Source of the DNA: Octopus bimaculoides
Lineage: Eukaryota
DNA length: 64,000 bases
NCBI RefSeq assembly: GCF_001194135.2
Contig: NC_068999.1
Span: forward strand, 23,544,704-23,608,703
Direction: 5' to 3'
The position numbers and the translations under genes are program-made. Shown here in pieces: positions 24,895 through 38,579 of the stretch. The notes under the pieces were generated by a model. It was not told where the DNA came from. It worked only from the letters and a program-made list of their open reading frames with translations, and did not search any database. Numbering within the stretch: position 1 is the first letter of the stretch; each line of letters begins with the position of its first letter.

Positions 24895-25756
24895 CAGGGT
24901 GCGGGGAATAAACTGTCGTCTAAATTAAGCAAAAATGAAAATAACACTGACATCTCATTTTAACAGATATATTTATCAAAATTACACAAAAGTATCTTGA
25001 AATACTAAAAAGTAACTTTATTCAATAAAATCGCCATTGGCTTCAACCATGGGTTCCAGATGACTTAGGAATCTCCTGCAACTCTTCTGGACGGTCTCCT
25101 TGTTTAAGTTGGTGAATGCTGCCATAATCCTTGCCTTCAATTCATCTTTTGTGTTACAAGGAGTTTTGTTGGTCTCTTGCTCAACTGCACCTCACAAATA
25201 ATAATCATGGGGGTTGTAGTGTGGAGAGTTAGGTGGTCAGATGTAAGGGATGATGTGGTCGCAGAAATTGTCTGACAGCCATGACTGTGTGGTGTGGTGC
25301 AGAGTCCTGTAGTCAGACACAGGGTCTTCCAGTAGCCACCTTCTTGACCCAGAGCAACACTACTCTCTCCAGGCACTTGATGTAGGCCTCTGTGTTGAGT
25401 CTGAGGTTGTGTGGGAAGATGAATGTAGGCATAATGTTGTCATCACTCCAAACACCATGATGTTAACAGGTTGTTTGATCTTTATCACTCTTGGTACATG
25501 TCCTCATATTGCACTGTCCTCAGCTTGACACCCAAACACTTGAAATGTTCGTATTGGAACTTCCAGTGTGAATGCCAAGCAGTACAGCATGTCATTTCCA
25601 AATTTCTGGCAGAATTAGTTGTGTCATGGTGCTGTTTTTCTCACAGATGGTGCCCAACTGACCCTACTATACTGTATAGTCGACAAAATCAAAAACACAA
25701 TGTACATGCACAAAATTAAAAATATGAAATAGCATCGATTTACTCATAACACCCTG
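24895..25756 (-). mobile_element. Internally deleted Tc1/mariner element, maT (DD37D) type
   Basis: Termini CAGGGTG...CACCCTG flanked by TA. The rc reads IMVFGVM...LQDSAPHHT...PPNSPHYNPHDY...KTPCNTKDELKARIMAAFTNLNKETVQKSC; spacing from QDSAP to NPxDY is consistent with DD37D. Confidence 0.85.
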
Positions 25757-25758
25757 TA

Positions 25759-25883
<125 letters not shown>

Positions 25884-25939
25884 AAACAGTTTGATTCAAA
25901 CTCATTGGTACTCTTGAGTTTCAAGCACAATGCTAGTCA

Positions 25940-26420
25940 TCAGCCATTTTGAATTTAAATGACAGAAGCTGATTGCAACTGCCAAGCCCCACCATGTGCC
26001 CTGTAAAACAATCTTGTCTCTCAAGCGCCATAGTATACAGAGCTATCCTTATATCATCCAATGGTATTACTAAGTACTGTACGGGTATGACAGCTAATGC
26101 CTTCAAAGCAAGATACTCCCAGCATATGCACTCATTCAGATCCAGGGATAGAGAGAACTCTACTTCTCTGTCTTGTTTTCTCTGGAGACTCTGTGATCTC
26201 CAAGATGAAATACCCAGCATCAAGTAAATTATTGTCGACAGAGTGCCACCATATTCACTCAGCACTCCCAACTGCCAGTTCTACCTCTGCAAAAAACTAC
26301 ATATCCTTCAACAACCTGCAGTATCCATCAACAAGAAATATGGCCTATTATATAGCTGTCACCAGAGATATGCCCTTCTGGCAAATTTCAGACCTCTGAC
26401 TGCTGACAACCCGGACATAC
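25940..26420 (+). mobile_element. Penelope-like element, GIY-YIG endonuclease fragment
   Basis: CPVKQSCLSSAIVYRA...KYCTGMTANAFKARYSQHMHSF...STSLSCFLWRL...*IIVDRVPPY...CQFYLCKKLHIL...NKK..L..SCHQ, matching the PLE CP.xG.CL...VY.A...YIG.T...FK.R...H..SF pattern. Confidence 0.85.
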
Positions 26421-26834
26421 CACCTTTGCACTGCCTGTACCAAAGTCACCGCTACCAACCAACCCCATGAGCAGGACCACCATTTACCAATCCCCAACAC
26501 TTACCAATTCCCAATGCGTACCATCCCTAATGCTTGTATGCATGCATGCAAATGCAAATGTGCATGTGTGTGTGCACACACACTGGTATGCATGGAAATA
26601 TACATGTGTGCATATGAATGAATATGCTTGTGTGTACATGTATGCATGTATATGTCTGTACACATGTGCATGTTCGTCCAAGTGTGTGTGTGTGTGTGTG
26701 TGCAGATGATGCATGCCCATGTACAGATGTGCACACTCTCATCAATATACACATGCACGCAAAACTATATGAGCACGTCTGCACACCCACATATAGAACT
26801 ATATACTTGCACATGCCGCCTCTTCCTACTTACA

Positions 26835-27046
26835 CAGTAATCCCTCAACTGTCAAGGGTGTTACATTCGAACCCCCCCCCCACCGCAATAAGTGAAAATC
26901 CGCGAAGTAGAAACAATACTGTACTGTATATTTTTTTTATTGTTTTTTAATTTGTATATATTTATTTTATTATAAATGCAAAACAACACCACGGAGGAAT
27001 CGACGTAAGCTTAAACAGTAAACCGCAATATGGCGAGGGATTACTG
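26835..27046. mobile_element. Tigger/pogo-type MITE
   Basis: TIRs CAGTAATCCCTC and GAGGGATTACTG; TA on the right, CA on the left. Confidence 0.8.
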
Positions 27047-27050
27047 TATA

Positions 27051-27715
27051 TTGGGTCATTCCATAAATAATGTGTTTTTTTTTCAATTGCTTGAACTAAA
27101 AGTCAGAGTGGGACGGGATAAACTACTTGCATCAACTTGCTATAAAAGCAGGTAGTAATTTTACCTCGTGCTTATTCTTAGTGCAAGTTTTGAAGAGTGC
27201 AGTACAATTTTAAGTTATTTTTTTCAAAGCTGTAATGGAAGTGACAAAGGAGCATATTCAGCATATTTTGCTTTATGAGTTCAATAAAGGCAACAACGCA
27301 ACGGAAAGTGCGAGGAATATTAAAGTGACAATAAGCATAAGCATAAGCCAGGGTCAATGGTGGTTCCAGAAATTCCAAGCCATTAACTACAGCGTGGAAG
27401 ACAAGCCTCACCCTGGAAGACAAGCCTCACCCTGGAAGACCTGTATAGCTTGACAAGGACGTCCTGCAAACCCTGGTGTAACAAAATCCTATTGTAACTT
27501 TTGAGGAACTAGCAGAGAAGCTTGAATTTGGTCAGTCAGTCATTCATTGACACCTGTGTGCCATCGGAAAAGTCAGCAAATTGGGTCAATGGGTTCCTCA
27601 CAAACTTTCCAAGTGTAATTGCACACAGAGAGTAAATGTGTGCTCCCTCTTTGCTGTCATGCCTCATGAATGAACCTTCTTTGGACCAAATAGTGACTGG
27701 TCACGAGAAATGTCA
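27051..27715 (+). mobile_element. Mariner transposon 5' half (transposase pseudogene)
   Basis: From ATG at 27235: MEVTKEHIQHILLYEFNKGNNATESARNI...EELAEKL...IGKVSKLGQWVPHKL...IVTGHEK. Has the mariner WVPHxL motif and the first-D region; frameshifted. Confidence 0.9.
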
Positions 27716-28049
27716 AGCACAGAATATTGCACATCCAGCAATGTGCAATATTCTTCCCGTTTAAGCTCAAATTGGTCAAATTTGGCATCTAATACTTACC
27801 CTACAATGTCATTCTAAAACTAAACAACCACATCATCAAGATCTCAAAGCTACAAATTAATACATGATAAATTTTAAAAGATGTGAATAAATAAGTTTTA
27901 CATTTAACAAAGTGATCTGAATGCTAAAGGCTCCTTTGCTAGTTTGTGGAGTGCATGTGATAAAGATTAAAGAATTTCTGATATTGAAATGGAGGAATCA
28001 TATTGGTTATGTGGTTGGTGAAGGTTCTGGATGTAGGATATGTCATATA

Positions 28050-28527
28050 CAGGATGTCTCAGAATTAACTATCTATTTCAGTAAAAATTTTTAAAAAACT
28101 AAATTTTATTTATGTTTATCATGTTTAATATGTGTTAAAAGTATATGAATTTTTAATTTTGTTTATAATTTTATATTTTTAGTTCCATTCCTGTTGGATC
28201 CTGCTTATTCTGTCCACGACAGCTTTTTTTTTTTCAGTTTCTCTACCTCCATCCCCTGGATGGCGCAATAGTTTAGCTGAACTTAAAGAACACATTCAGT
28301 TAGCAGTGCAAGAGATAACTCCTGAACTGCTTCAAAATGTGCTTCACAATGCTTAGGATAGATTTTCTGGGAGCACATGTTGAAAATTTTCAATAAAGTT
28401 TTGATGTAAGATTTGTACATCAATTTGTTTTGGTATTACAATTAAGTAATAAAAATAAAATTCTGTCAGTTGTCTTTCAAATTTGCCCAATTTCATTGAA
28501 GCAGATAGTTAATTCTTGAACACCCTG
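28050..28527 (+). mobile_element. Internally deleted Tc1/mariner element
   Basis: TIRs CAGGATGTCTCAGAATTAACTATCT and (rc) CAGGGTGTTCAAGAATTAACTATCT with TA flanks; internal SLAELKEHIQLAVQEITPELLQNV transposase C-terminus. Confidence 0.8.
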
Positions 28528-30929
28528 TATAAACAAAAAGGAAATAAACTAAATATTCTGCATCTATTTAAAGACAAGAGAAATAAAACTAGATGTTCTG
28601 CAGTGCAGTAAGACTTCTCACGCAGTTAATTATACTACTGAGATATTTTTATCTTTGGTTTCTGACTTTCTGACAACTATAAATTCTTCTAATATATTAG
28701 ATTACTCCAGACAAACTGTTTATCATCATAAATCGTTGCTAATCTATATCATATCAGTGTAGTTTGAAACATGATGTTTTGTAGCATTGAAGGTATTTCC
28801 TATTTACTTATTTGTATTCCTGTTCTCAGAATTGATCAAGGACATCAAGAATTGAAAGTCCAATTTAAAACCTACATATTACAATCTAAAACCTCAGTTT
28901 TGGGTCTGATTGGATGTATTTCATCTGAGATTTTCAATGACCACTCCAATGAGAATGCTGATGATGTGTGTTAGAAATTTGATAGATAAAAATACAAATG
29001 AATAAACAGATTTTTAAAAATCTGTTGTTCTCTGCAAATGTCAGTAGTCCTATGGCTTACATATTCTTTCTTCAAGAAAACAGGAACACACACACATGTA
29101 TGTATGTATGTGTACATTATATATATATATATATATATATATACTGTTCTATATCATTGAATAAAATCTATTTAATCTGAACCACATGTTTTTAGTTACA
29201 TTTTCATATGAACCTAATGCAGCTGCTAGTAAGATTAAATAGAAAAATGAATTATTGACATTTCACAAATACTCTGAATATAGATATTATGGATCTCCCT
29301 TTGTCTGGGCACACTGTTCTATATTTATAGGTAAAATGAAATGAAATGTTGTAACAGTCAGGCCTCTAGCTCTCCAAGGATATTAGTAATATAAGTGAAG
29401 TAAAATGACTTCAAATGGAGAACATAAATGTCGATTTACAAAGTCTAGTAGAGGACAAATTAACATTTACTATTTAAAGGCATCATGTTTATAAAGATTT
29501 GTCTTAAAATAAATCTAAAGGGTAATAGTAACAGTTTGTTTAGAGAGTGTGTTGTTCTTCAGACAAAAGACAATATATAATATTGTAACCCAGTATTTAA
29601 AGGTTGATAGTAATTATCATGTTAAGAACCATTGACAAAGAGCTGACAGTCACTGTCTTGTTGGTTTGTTGATGATTGTCCTACACTGAAATTCACTAAA
29701 AAAAAAAAAAAAAATAGAAATTAGACAAAGCAAGAAATGAAGCAATTTCAATTGATTTATTATACACACTTGTTCAGCAAATCTGTAAGTCTTATATTGG
29801 TAGCTGGATCGTCATCGTCATTCAATGTTCAGTTTTCCATGCTTGCATGGATCAGACAGAATTTGTTGAGGCAGATTTTCTATGGACAGATGTGCTTCAT
29901 GTTGCCAACTCTCATTTGTTTCCCATGGACAGACATATTTTTCACAAAAGACTGGAAACAAACAACATTGCTTGAATGATGGTTGTTGTTCGTTTACATT
30001 ATCATCACACGATGTCAGGAGAAGGGTACAAGTTTGAGTGTTTAGAAATCGCTGATGTTTCACTCCATCTCTACTTACAGTTTCCCCACATCATATGTGG
30101 GTCAAGATGAATGACTGCATTTTGGTGGGAAAACTCTGAGTAGTGATAGAGTGAATCATCAGCTGTGGTAAGTAACTTACTTACCAACCACATGGTTCCG
30201 GGTTCAGTCCCACTATGTGGCACCTTGGGCAAGTGTCTTCTACTATAGCCTTGGGCCAACCAAAGTCTTGTGAGTGGATTTGGTAGACGGAAACTGAAAA
30301 GAACCCTGTCATATATACACGTACATATATGTATGTATATTNNNNNNNNNNNNNNNNNNNNNNNNNNNNNNNNNNNNNNNNNNNNNNNNNNNNNNNNNNN
30401 NNNNNNNNNNNNNNNNNNNNNNNNNNNNNNNNNNNNNNNNNNNNNNNNNNNNNNNNNNNNNNNNNNNNNNNNNNNNNNNNNNNNNNNNNNNNNNNNNNNN
30501 NNNNNNNNNNNNNNNNNNNNNNNNNNNNNNNNNNNNNNNNNNNNNNNNNNNNNNNNNNNNNNNNNNNNNNNNNNNNNNNNNNNNNNNNNNNNNNNNNNNN
30601 NNNNNNNNNNNNNNNNNNNNNNNNNNNNNNNNNNNNNNNNNNNNNNNNNNNNNNNNNNNNNNNNNNNNNNNNNNNNNNNNNNNNNNNNNNNNNNNNNNNN
30701 NNNNNNNNNNNNNNNNNNNNNNNNNNNNNNNNNNNNNNNNNNNNNNNNNNNNNNNNNNNNNNNNNNNNNNNNNNNNNNNNNNNNAAGGTCGACTTTGCCT
30801 TTCATCCTTTCAGGGTCGATAAATTAAGTACCAGTTACGCACTGGGGTCGATGTAATCGACTTAATCCCTTTGTCTGTCCTTGTTTGTCCCCTCTATGTT
30901 TATCTCCTTGTGGGCAGTAAAGAAATAAG

Positions 30930-31330
30930 AAGCTTGCTTCTCAACCACATTGTTCCAGTACAGTCCCACTGCATGGTACCTTGGGCAAGTGTCTTCTGCT
31001 ATAGCCTCAGGCTGACTAAAGCCTTGTGAGTGGATTTGGTAGACGGAAACTGAAAAGAACCCTGTCATATATACACGTACATATATGTATGTATATTTAT
31101 GTGTGTGTCTTTGTGTCTGTGTTTGTCCCCAGACCCCCACTATTGCTTGACAACCAATGTTGATGTGTTTACGTCCTCATAACTTAGCAGTTCAGCAAAA
31201 GATACTGAAGGAATAAGTACTCGGCTTACAAAGAATAATTCCAGGGTCAATTTGTTTGACTAAAACCCATTAAGGTGATGCTCCAGCATGACCACAGTTA
31301 AACGACTGAAACAAGTAAAAGAATAAACGA
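30930..31330 (+). mobile_element. SINE family A
   Basis: Near full-length family A. Preceded by a family B part at 30785-30915 and another family A copy at 30160-30341. Confidence 0.8.
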
Positions 31331-31364
31331 ATCTCAGGGGAATAAATAACATGTTGATACCATT

Positions 31365-31491
31365 TAAAAAGCATTGGTGATGGTGCCACATAAAAAGCAT
31401 TGTTGCTGGTGCCACATAAAAAGCATTGGTGATGGTGCCACATAAAAAGCATTGGTGATGGTGCCACATAAAAAGCATTGGTGATGGTGCC
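31365..31491. repeat. 26-bp minisatellite, about 5 copies
   Basis: Unit TAAAAAGCATTGGTGATGGTGCCACA with no spacers; runs directly into an RTE 3' UTR copy at 31500-31675. Confidence 0.9.
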
Positions 31492-31849
31492 TTGTAAAAA
31501 AAAAGCACCAAGTACACTCTGTAAAATGGTTGGCATTAGGAGGGGCATCCAGCCATAAAAATCAAGCAAAGACAGACTTTGGGACCTGGTGCAATTCCTG
31601 GCTTTACCAGTTCTTTTCAAGCTGTTCAACTCATGCCAGCATGGAAAATGGATGTTAAATGATGATGATGATGATATGTATTGATTACTCTCACATTTGT
31701 ACACCCATACACACACATACACATGCACATACACACACATACCCTCGTGCACACACACATGTTTTTATCAAATACTGAATCTGACAAAATACATTCTGTT
31801 TCACACGAAAGCACATGTGCTTAACTGTTTCATTCATTTCTTTGGAGCT

Positions 31850-32200
31850 TCCTGGGCCACCAACCACTTTTCTCCATTGTTCTCAACTCTGACCTATCTG
31901 TCCTTATTTCTATGCTTTTCCAGCTCTGTCTTAGTCACCTTACTTGTTATGTTTCCACGAAAGAAATCCTTCCTTCGATTCTTCTGTAACTCTGCTTTTT
32001 TATCTGAGTAGGGTTGTTGGCCCTACACAAATTCACTTGGAAAGAGATGATCCATGTTAACCTGGCAGCTATCTTTTGATCGTCCAACATGGGAAGGTGT
32101 ATCAGGAGCTTGCACTTCACTGGAAGAGCTCTCAGAGTCATTGAGTCACTTAAGTCACCACATCGCAACAAGGACAAACCCTTGTGGTGGGAGAAGGCAC
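31850..32200 (-). mobile_element. LINE 3' fragment homologous to 9720-10340
   Basis: The rc shares GAGAGCTCT.CCAGTGA, AAAGATAG..GCCAG and CATCT.TT.CC blocks with 10050-10150. Confidence 0.5.
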
Positions 32201-32544
32201 ATCAGGGACTAAATTATCAGAAGAATGACAGCTCTTTATATTACTGAAATGTAGACAGAAGGACAGATATACGAAAAGGTAGAAATCAAGCCAAATTAGT
32301 AGATGTAAGGTGATCTCACTTGTGCTGATGCCTCAAAAAAAAGCACTCTGCTACACTGTTAAGTGATTAGCATTAGAAAGAGCATCTGGCTGTAGAAACC
32401 AAAGCAGACATTGGAACATGATGCAGTCCACCAACTCATTGTATCTGTTTGGCCATCCAACCCATGTCGGCACTGAAGACAAATATTAAACGGTGATGAT
32501 GATGGTGGTGGTGGTGGTGGTGTTAGATAGGTAGACAGACATGT

Positions 32545-32715
32545 GGATAGAGAGATAGATAATCAGATATATAAACAGACAGACAGACAGATAGATAGAT
32601 AGGTAGGCAGACACTAATAGATAGATAGATAGGTAGGCAGACACTAATAGATAGATAGATAGATAGGCAGACACTAATAGATAGATAGATAGATAGGCAG
32701 ACAGATAGACTAATA
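32545..32715. repeat. Compound (TAGA)/(CAGA) repeat with a higher-order unit
   Basis: AGGCAGACACTAATAGATAGATAGAT occurs three times in tandem. Confidence 0.9.
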
Positions 32716-33617
32716 GATTAACAATTTTATCAACTCCACTGTTGTGAAAAAATTTTATTGACAGATCCAGTGGGATTTGATCTCAGAATATAATATGATA
32801 TAACTAAATGTCCCAAACCATTCTGTCACTCTGCTGTTTCTTTTTTGTTTTCTTCCCAGAAATATTTTCAAGAAAGTTGTTTTTTGGGGTTTTTTTTTTA
32901 CTTCTCTTTTTCACATTTATCTGATCTCAAATATATTTTCTTCTCTGTCTTACATCATTTTTTCTAGTCTAATTATATTTCAGATGATATTTATTTTGGA
33001 CATTTCTATTGTAATCATTATAATAGATGTTACAGTTTTAAAAATGTAATGTTTCAATTTATTAATCACTTACTGAATGTAGCTTCCAAAATGCAAAAGA
33101 CAGGCTACTTAAGAGCTGTTGTTTCAAGTTATTCTATATCAGTGCTGTTAAAGTGAAAAAGACACTAAGAAGGCAGCCTCCACTCAATCATGAAATAGGT
33201 ACATGCACACACACACACTCACATACACACGTGTGTGTGTGTATTTGGCATTTATTCATTATTCTTATTCTCCCCTTCTTGTTATTTAGCTTGTTATTCC
33301 ACATTTACCTTAAGTTGCTGCTACTGATGTTGTTGCAACATACTGTACTGGTTGCAGAAACAAGGACACCTTTCACATGAAATTTGTTATTCCACACACA
33401 CACACACACACGCACACTCACTCAAGAAGGAAAAGTATCATTTTACTGGAATGCTTTAACTAGCAACTGATCTTATATTGATATTTCATATAGGTAATGC
33501 TATATGCCGTGAGGTAAATGAAAAAAAATTTTTTTTTTGATATATTTTTTAATGACAAAATAATTTTCTTTACTTTTTTATTGTGACTTTGATTTGATTT
33601 GATTAAAGAGGGCGCAG

Positions 33618-33956
33618 TTAACCATTTTGATACCAACCTGCCTGAAACTGACCTTGTTTCTAATACAAACTTTCCTATTTTAAAGTGATGTAAATTAAAA
33701 CCTTCCTCCCAAATTTCTTGTTAATTTATGTTCCAAACACCAGCTTAATACTGACAAATTTATTTTTTAAAAAAGTTAAAGAAATTATTTCAAATTCTCA
33801 AATGCAGGATAATGCTAATAATATAACCTGAACAGGATAAACTACCCCTATTTTGCAGAAAAAAGTGTGGGCGGCCAGCCAAATTTATTATTATTTCAAA
33901 ATTAACTGAAACAGAGGCAGTGTAGTTCAACAGAAATATGGTATCAAAAGGGTTAA
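33618..33956 (+). mobile_element. piggyBac-type MITE
   Basis: TTAA at both ends; TIRs CCATTTTGATACCA and (rc) CCCTTTTGATACCA. Confidence 0.8.
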
Positions 33957-33984
33957 TTTCTTTGAATGTTATGAGTTTAACCAT

Positions 33985-34200
33985 GAGCTGGCAGAATTGT
34001 TAGCATGCTAGGTAAAATGCTAACTAGCATTCCCTCCATCTGTATGTTCTGAGTTCAAACACCACTGAGGTTGACTTTGCCTTTTATCCTTTGTGGGGTT
34101 GTTAAAATGAATATCAATTAAAAACTGGGGTTGACGTAATTGACTTAACCCCTTACCCAAAATTCCTGACCTTGTGCCAAAATTTGAACCCATTACTAGT
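33985..34200 (+). mobile_element. SINE family B
   Basis: GAGCTGGCAGAATTGTTAGC head and GGCCTTGTGCCAAAATTTGAA-like tail. Confidence 0.8.
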
Positions 34201-34687
34201 TTAGCCTTCGTTATTTCATGAAGAGGGGAATCAAAACAAAACAAAAGAAAAAAGGACTAAGTTGAGAAAAAAAAAAACAAGCACCTTTGCATTACAGTTA
34301 CAAAGATATTTTTTTCTATCTTAGCATTTATATGTGTATAAAAGTTCATTATTATCTTTTAAAATATTTAATATTTATTGTCTTTACTTATTTTTTTATG
34401 CTAGCTTTTTGTCTCAAAATGCATTTAAATAATAGCATCTAGCAATTATTATGACGAACATAGCATCAAAATTATTGTTCTTAACAAAATATAATTTTTT
34501 AATTCACATCTATAACAGTTAGCCTTATATCAAACATACTTATAAAAGCATTAAGATATGTAGTGTGTGTCATTTACAGCTTTACAATTAATCGGTGTCT
34601 GCAGCTTATAATTAGACGGCTCCTACATCTTGTAATTAATAAGTGTCTACTGATTTTGTTTAAGTAGAATTTTCATTGACAGAAAAC

Positions 34688-35105
34688 AAAAACACAAAAT
34701 TCATATAGGCACAGGTGTGGTTGCATGGTAAAAAGCTTGCTTCCCAACCACATGGTCCCAGGTTCACTTGCACAGTGTGGGATCTTGGGCAAGTGTCTTC
34801 TACTATAGCCTCAAATTGATCAAAGCCTTGTAAGTGGATTTTGTAGACAGGAACTGAAAAAAGCCCATCGTGTATGTGTGTGTGTGTGTGTGTCTGTCTG
34901 TCTGTTTCTCTCTCACCACCTCTTGACAACTGGTGTTGGTGTGTTTACATCCCTATAACTTAACAGTTCAGCCAAAGAAACCAGTAGAATAAATATCAGG
35001 TTTAAAAAATTAATAAATACTGGGATTGATTCATTTGACTAAAATTCTTTGAGGTGATGCTCCAGCATGGTTGCAGTCAAATGACTGAAACAAGTAAAGG
35101 ATAAA
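34688..35105 (+). mobile_element. SINE family A (full length)
   Basis: Family A head to tail. An inverted family A copy follows at about 35425-36030. Confidence 0.85.
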
Positions 35106-36469
35106 AGATATATTCAGTTAGTGATATTTTCAAACAAGTTATTTTGCCTTAACTTGTAACAAATATTTTTAATATATCACAAAAGGATTCTTGTCTTACA
35201 TATTTCAATTATAAAAATATGACTTGCTAAAGAGAAATTTTATTTAAAGGTTAAAGGATTTTCTCTATATAAGTCACATACTGGCATTGCATTTGCTACA
35301 ATACAGAGCAAAAATGAGAAACAATATTTTGTAGAACTAATTATTACAGATTTTTGACTAATTATAATTTATGAGAATTCATCGTTAAGAAAAGCATCCA
35401 CTCTACTGTGTTGGATATCTTTTAGTTGTTTCAGTCATTAGATTGCAGCCATGCTGGGGTACATCCTTGAAGAATTTTAGTTGCACAAGTTGACCCCAGT
35501 TCTTACTTTTTTTTTTAAAGCCTGGTGCTTATTCTTCTGGTCTCTTTTTCTGAACCACCAAACCACTAAGTTACAAGGACATAAGTACACCAACCTCAGT
35601 TGTCAAGTAGTGATGGTAATCAAATGCATGCACACACACACACACANNNNNNNNNNNNNNNNNNNNNNNNNNNNNNNNNNNNNNNNNNNNNNNNNNNNNN
35701 NNNNNNNNNNNNNNNNNNNNNNNNNNNNNNNNNNNNNNNNNNNNNNNNNNNNNNNNNNNNNNNNNNNNNNNNNNNNNNNNNNNNNNNNNNNNNNNNNNNN
35801 NNNNNNNNNNNNNNNNNNNNNNNNNNNNNNNNNNNNNNNNCGCACGCACGCACGCACGCACACACACAAATAAGTTTATTTCAGTTTTTGCTTTCTGAAT
35901 TCACTCACAATGTTTTAGTTGACTCAGGACAATAGTAGAAGACACTTGCCCAAGGTGCCACATAGTGGGATTGGACTTGGAACTATGTGGTTAGGAAGCA
36001 AATTTCTTACTACATAGCCATGCCTGCACACACACACACACATGGTGTTTCAATATAAATCTTCACTTTAATTATGCAGTTCCTTGATCTAGTGATTTGA
36101 CATTGCTTACTGTGATCCAATTGAACAAAAGGAAAAGCAAACTTCTAAAAACTTAACTGGAAAAATGGGAGCCAGTTTGCAGAGAAAACTTGAATGTTCT
36201 GAGATATATATGATAAATTTGGACTGACTAACAATGAAAATGAAGGAAAGCATTACCCTATTTGATGGCATGAAAGATGCACAGATATGTTAGATGCCTC
36301 CCAATTTCAGCAGCATATTTTGACAAAAAAAGATTTTAGAGCATTATAGCATATGATATAGGTTCAGTTTAACATATAGGACCTGGGGTAATTTTTTGAG
36401 ACATTTCTTTTTTAATGTGTGTCTTATATGCTATCAAATATGGCATATAGAATAGTTATGATTGTTATA

Positions 36470-37200
36470 GGTTCATCATCGTCATCAACATCATCATTTA
36501 AAATCTGTTTTCCATGCTGGCATAGGCTGGACAGTTTGACAAAAGCTGGCAAGCCAAAAGACTGTACCAAGCTGTGTTATCTGTTCTGGCATGGTCTCTA
36601 AGATTGGAGGCCCTTCCTTACACAAACCATTCTGCAAAGTCTATTGGGTGCTTTTTTTCATGACACCAGTACCAGTGGGGTCACCAAGTAACTTATAAGA
36701 CAAAGTCCCCTCAACTAGCAGGGAGTAATATTGAGGGAGGTGGCTTGTGTGCAAGTTGATGAGAGGTTAAAAGAATAATAGAGGGATAGGAATAGGTGTC
36801 TTGCTGTAGAAGAGATACCCGATTGGAAAAGAAAGAAGGAAGAGAAAGAGAGAGAAGGTGATGGATATGTGTCAGAACATACCCTCAAGGCACAGTGGGT
36901 GAGAGAATATAAGTGAGGAGAGATGGTTAGATGGGACAGAAGTGGCTGTAGTAATTGATGGTGAGAAATATAGGAGTGGCACAGGGTTGGGCTATGTTAG
37001 ATATGTGAAGACATTGGGAATGATAGGGGATACAAAAGGTGTTAGGGATGGAGTATAGTAGAGAGGAGAGAGCATAATTGGAGGGAGATAATGAAGAATG
37101 GAAGTGGTTCTGGAGTAGGAGAAGAAAGAAGCAGGTGATGAAAGGGAGAGGATGCATTATGTAACTAATCTCTCAGGTGATTATGGTAGCTGAATAATAC
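36470..37200 (-). mobile_element. Non-coding retroelement: RTE 3' tail plus long pyrimidine-rich body
   Basis: Tail at 36470-36680; body homologous to 24000-24240 and 39900-40255. Confidence 0.6.
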
Positions 37201-37559
37201 CTCAGAGATAGAGAAGTGATGAGTGTTAATGAATGAGATGTTAGGGAAAAGCTTGACAGGGCAGTGAGAATGGAGGTGGGGGGTAGAGCCACCATACACA
37301 CATACAAGCATTTACCAAGGTGGTTTTAGGACATTAATGCTATTGTGGTGAACAGGTCTTAAGCACAACAAGCACCAGATATCTCGGTCCTTTGTCATCT
37401 CCTCCATTTTGTAATATCTTAAAAGCTGGTTAAATAGATAACTTTTTTATCACTGATTATTGTACTAATTTCTGTACATATCATATGTAAGAGTGCAAGA
37501 TCACAGTGGTGCTCCAGCATGACCACAGCCACATGGCTGAAACAAATAAAAGGCTAAAA

Positions 37560-38330
37560 GCATATAAAGAATAACTGTCTGTTTATCTATTTTTATAATG
37601 TGTCCATTTTACATGGGTTGAATGTGTCAGCATTGTCTGCATCATCTTGCACATTGTAACAGAAAGAGAAAGAAGAAAAAAACTTGGCCAAGTTGTCTGT
37701 ATGTCTTACAGATGAACTGGAGGAATTTTATCATGCCACCAAAACTGAGAAGTTGTCCCATTCAATGAAAATAAAAGACACCTCTGTGGTATCTAAGTTT
37801 TAGATGTTGCTTTGGTAAGGTTGGTTGTCAGTTATTTTGAATCCAACACTATTAAATATTTGTATCAAGTCTTTTCTGAATCTGTTTTAGTGTATGCCCA
37901 TTCAGGATTTTTGAATTCTGCTTTGCTATCATCCCTGTATATTCCAAATTTTATGTTCATGAACTTTTTCTAGTGAATTCATCTAGGAAGTACAGTCCTA
38001 TAAAGCCACATATTTTGCACTGTCATATACACCCATGCTATCATCAAAAGTCTCATCAAGGCTTGATTTTTTAAAACCCAGTTGAAGTCCTTATTTAAAA
38101 CTCATCAGTCTAGCATGTAGTATAGTTTCTATTTCTTCTACAATTGTGGAAAAGTTACTTGTGAACTTTAAGGTATTTTATGAGTATTTTTTGAGGATGA
38201 AGAGGCAAAAGTCCTCTGTCAAAGTGGGTAAATCTCTATTCCTATATCTACTGTTACTAAAACAGTTAACTATAAATTGAGATTCTTTCATTGCAAATAG
38301 ATTCTTTTTGTTGCCATTCTTAACCTCATT
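37560..38330 (-). mobile_element. Penelope-like element, reverse transcriptase core fragment
   Basis: The rc reads FDDSMGVYDSA, then ICGFIGLYFLDE and KFGIYRDD across frameshifts, matching the PLE FDVTMGSYDGAEICELVGLY...GLYRDD pattern. Confidence 0.8.
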
Positions 38331-38579
38331 ATGTACCCTCATTACTCCACATCTGTTACATTGTATGCAAATTGGATATTATTATGTTATTATGTTTGTA
38401 CTACTAGGATGTGTGGGGGGGGGGGGTTGAGTGTGAATTTGTGAGTATGTAATTTATTGAAATTTGAGCTGTTTTTGTCTTTTTTGGTCAGCATTTGTGA
38501 GCTCAGACTGTCGGACTATATGCATGAGTCTACTTATATGTATGTATAGTTGCCTGAATATTAACTAACTGGAGAAGGT

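Noticed and set aside
30267-31097. 75-bp exact duplicate (30267-30341 = 31023-31097) flanking a gap
   Set aside because: Ends exactly at the gap edge within SINE copies; most likely a gap-extension assembly artefact.
31365-31491. CRISPR-like regular repeats
   Set aside because: Head-to-tail units with no unique spacers, derived from a LINE UTR, in a eukaryotic context with no cas genes.
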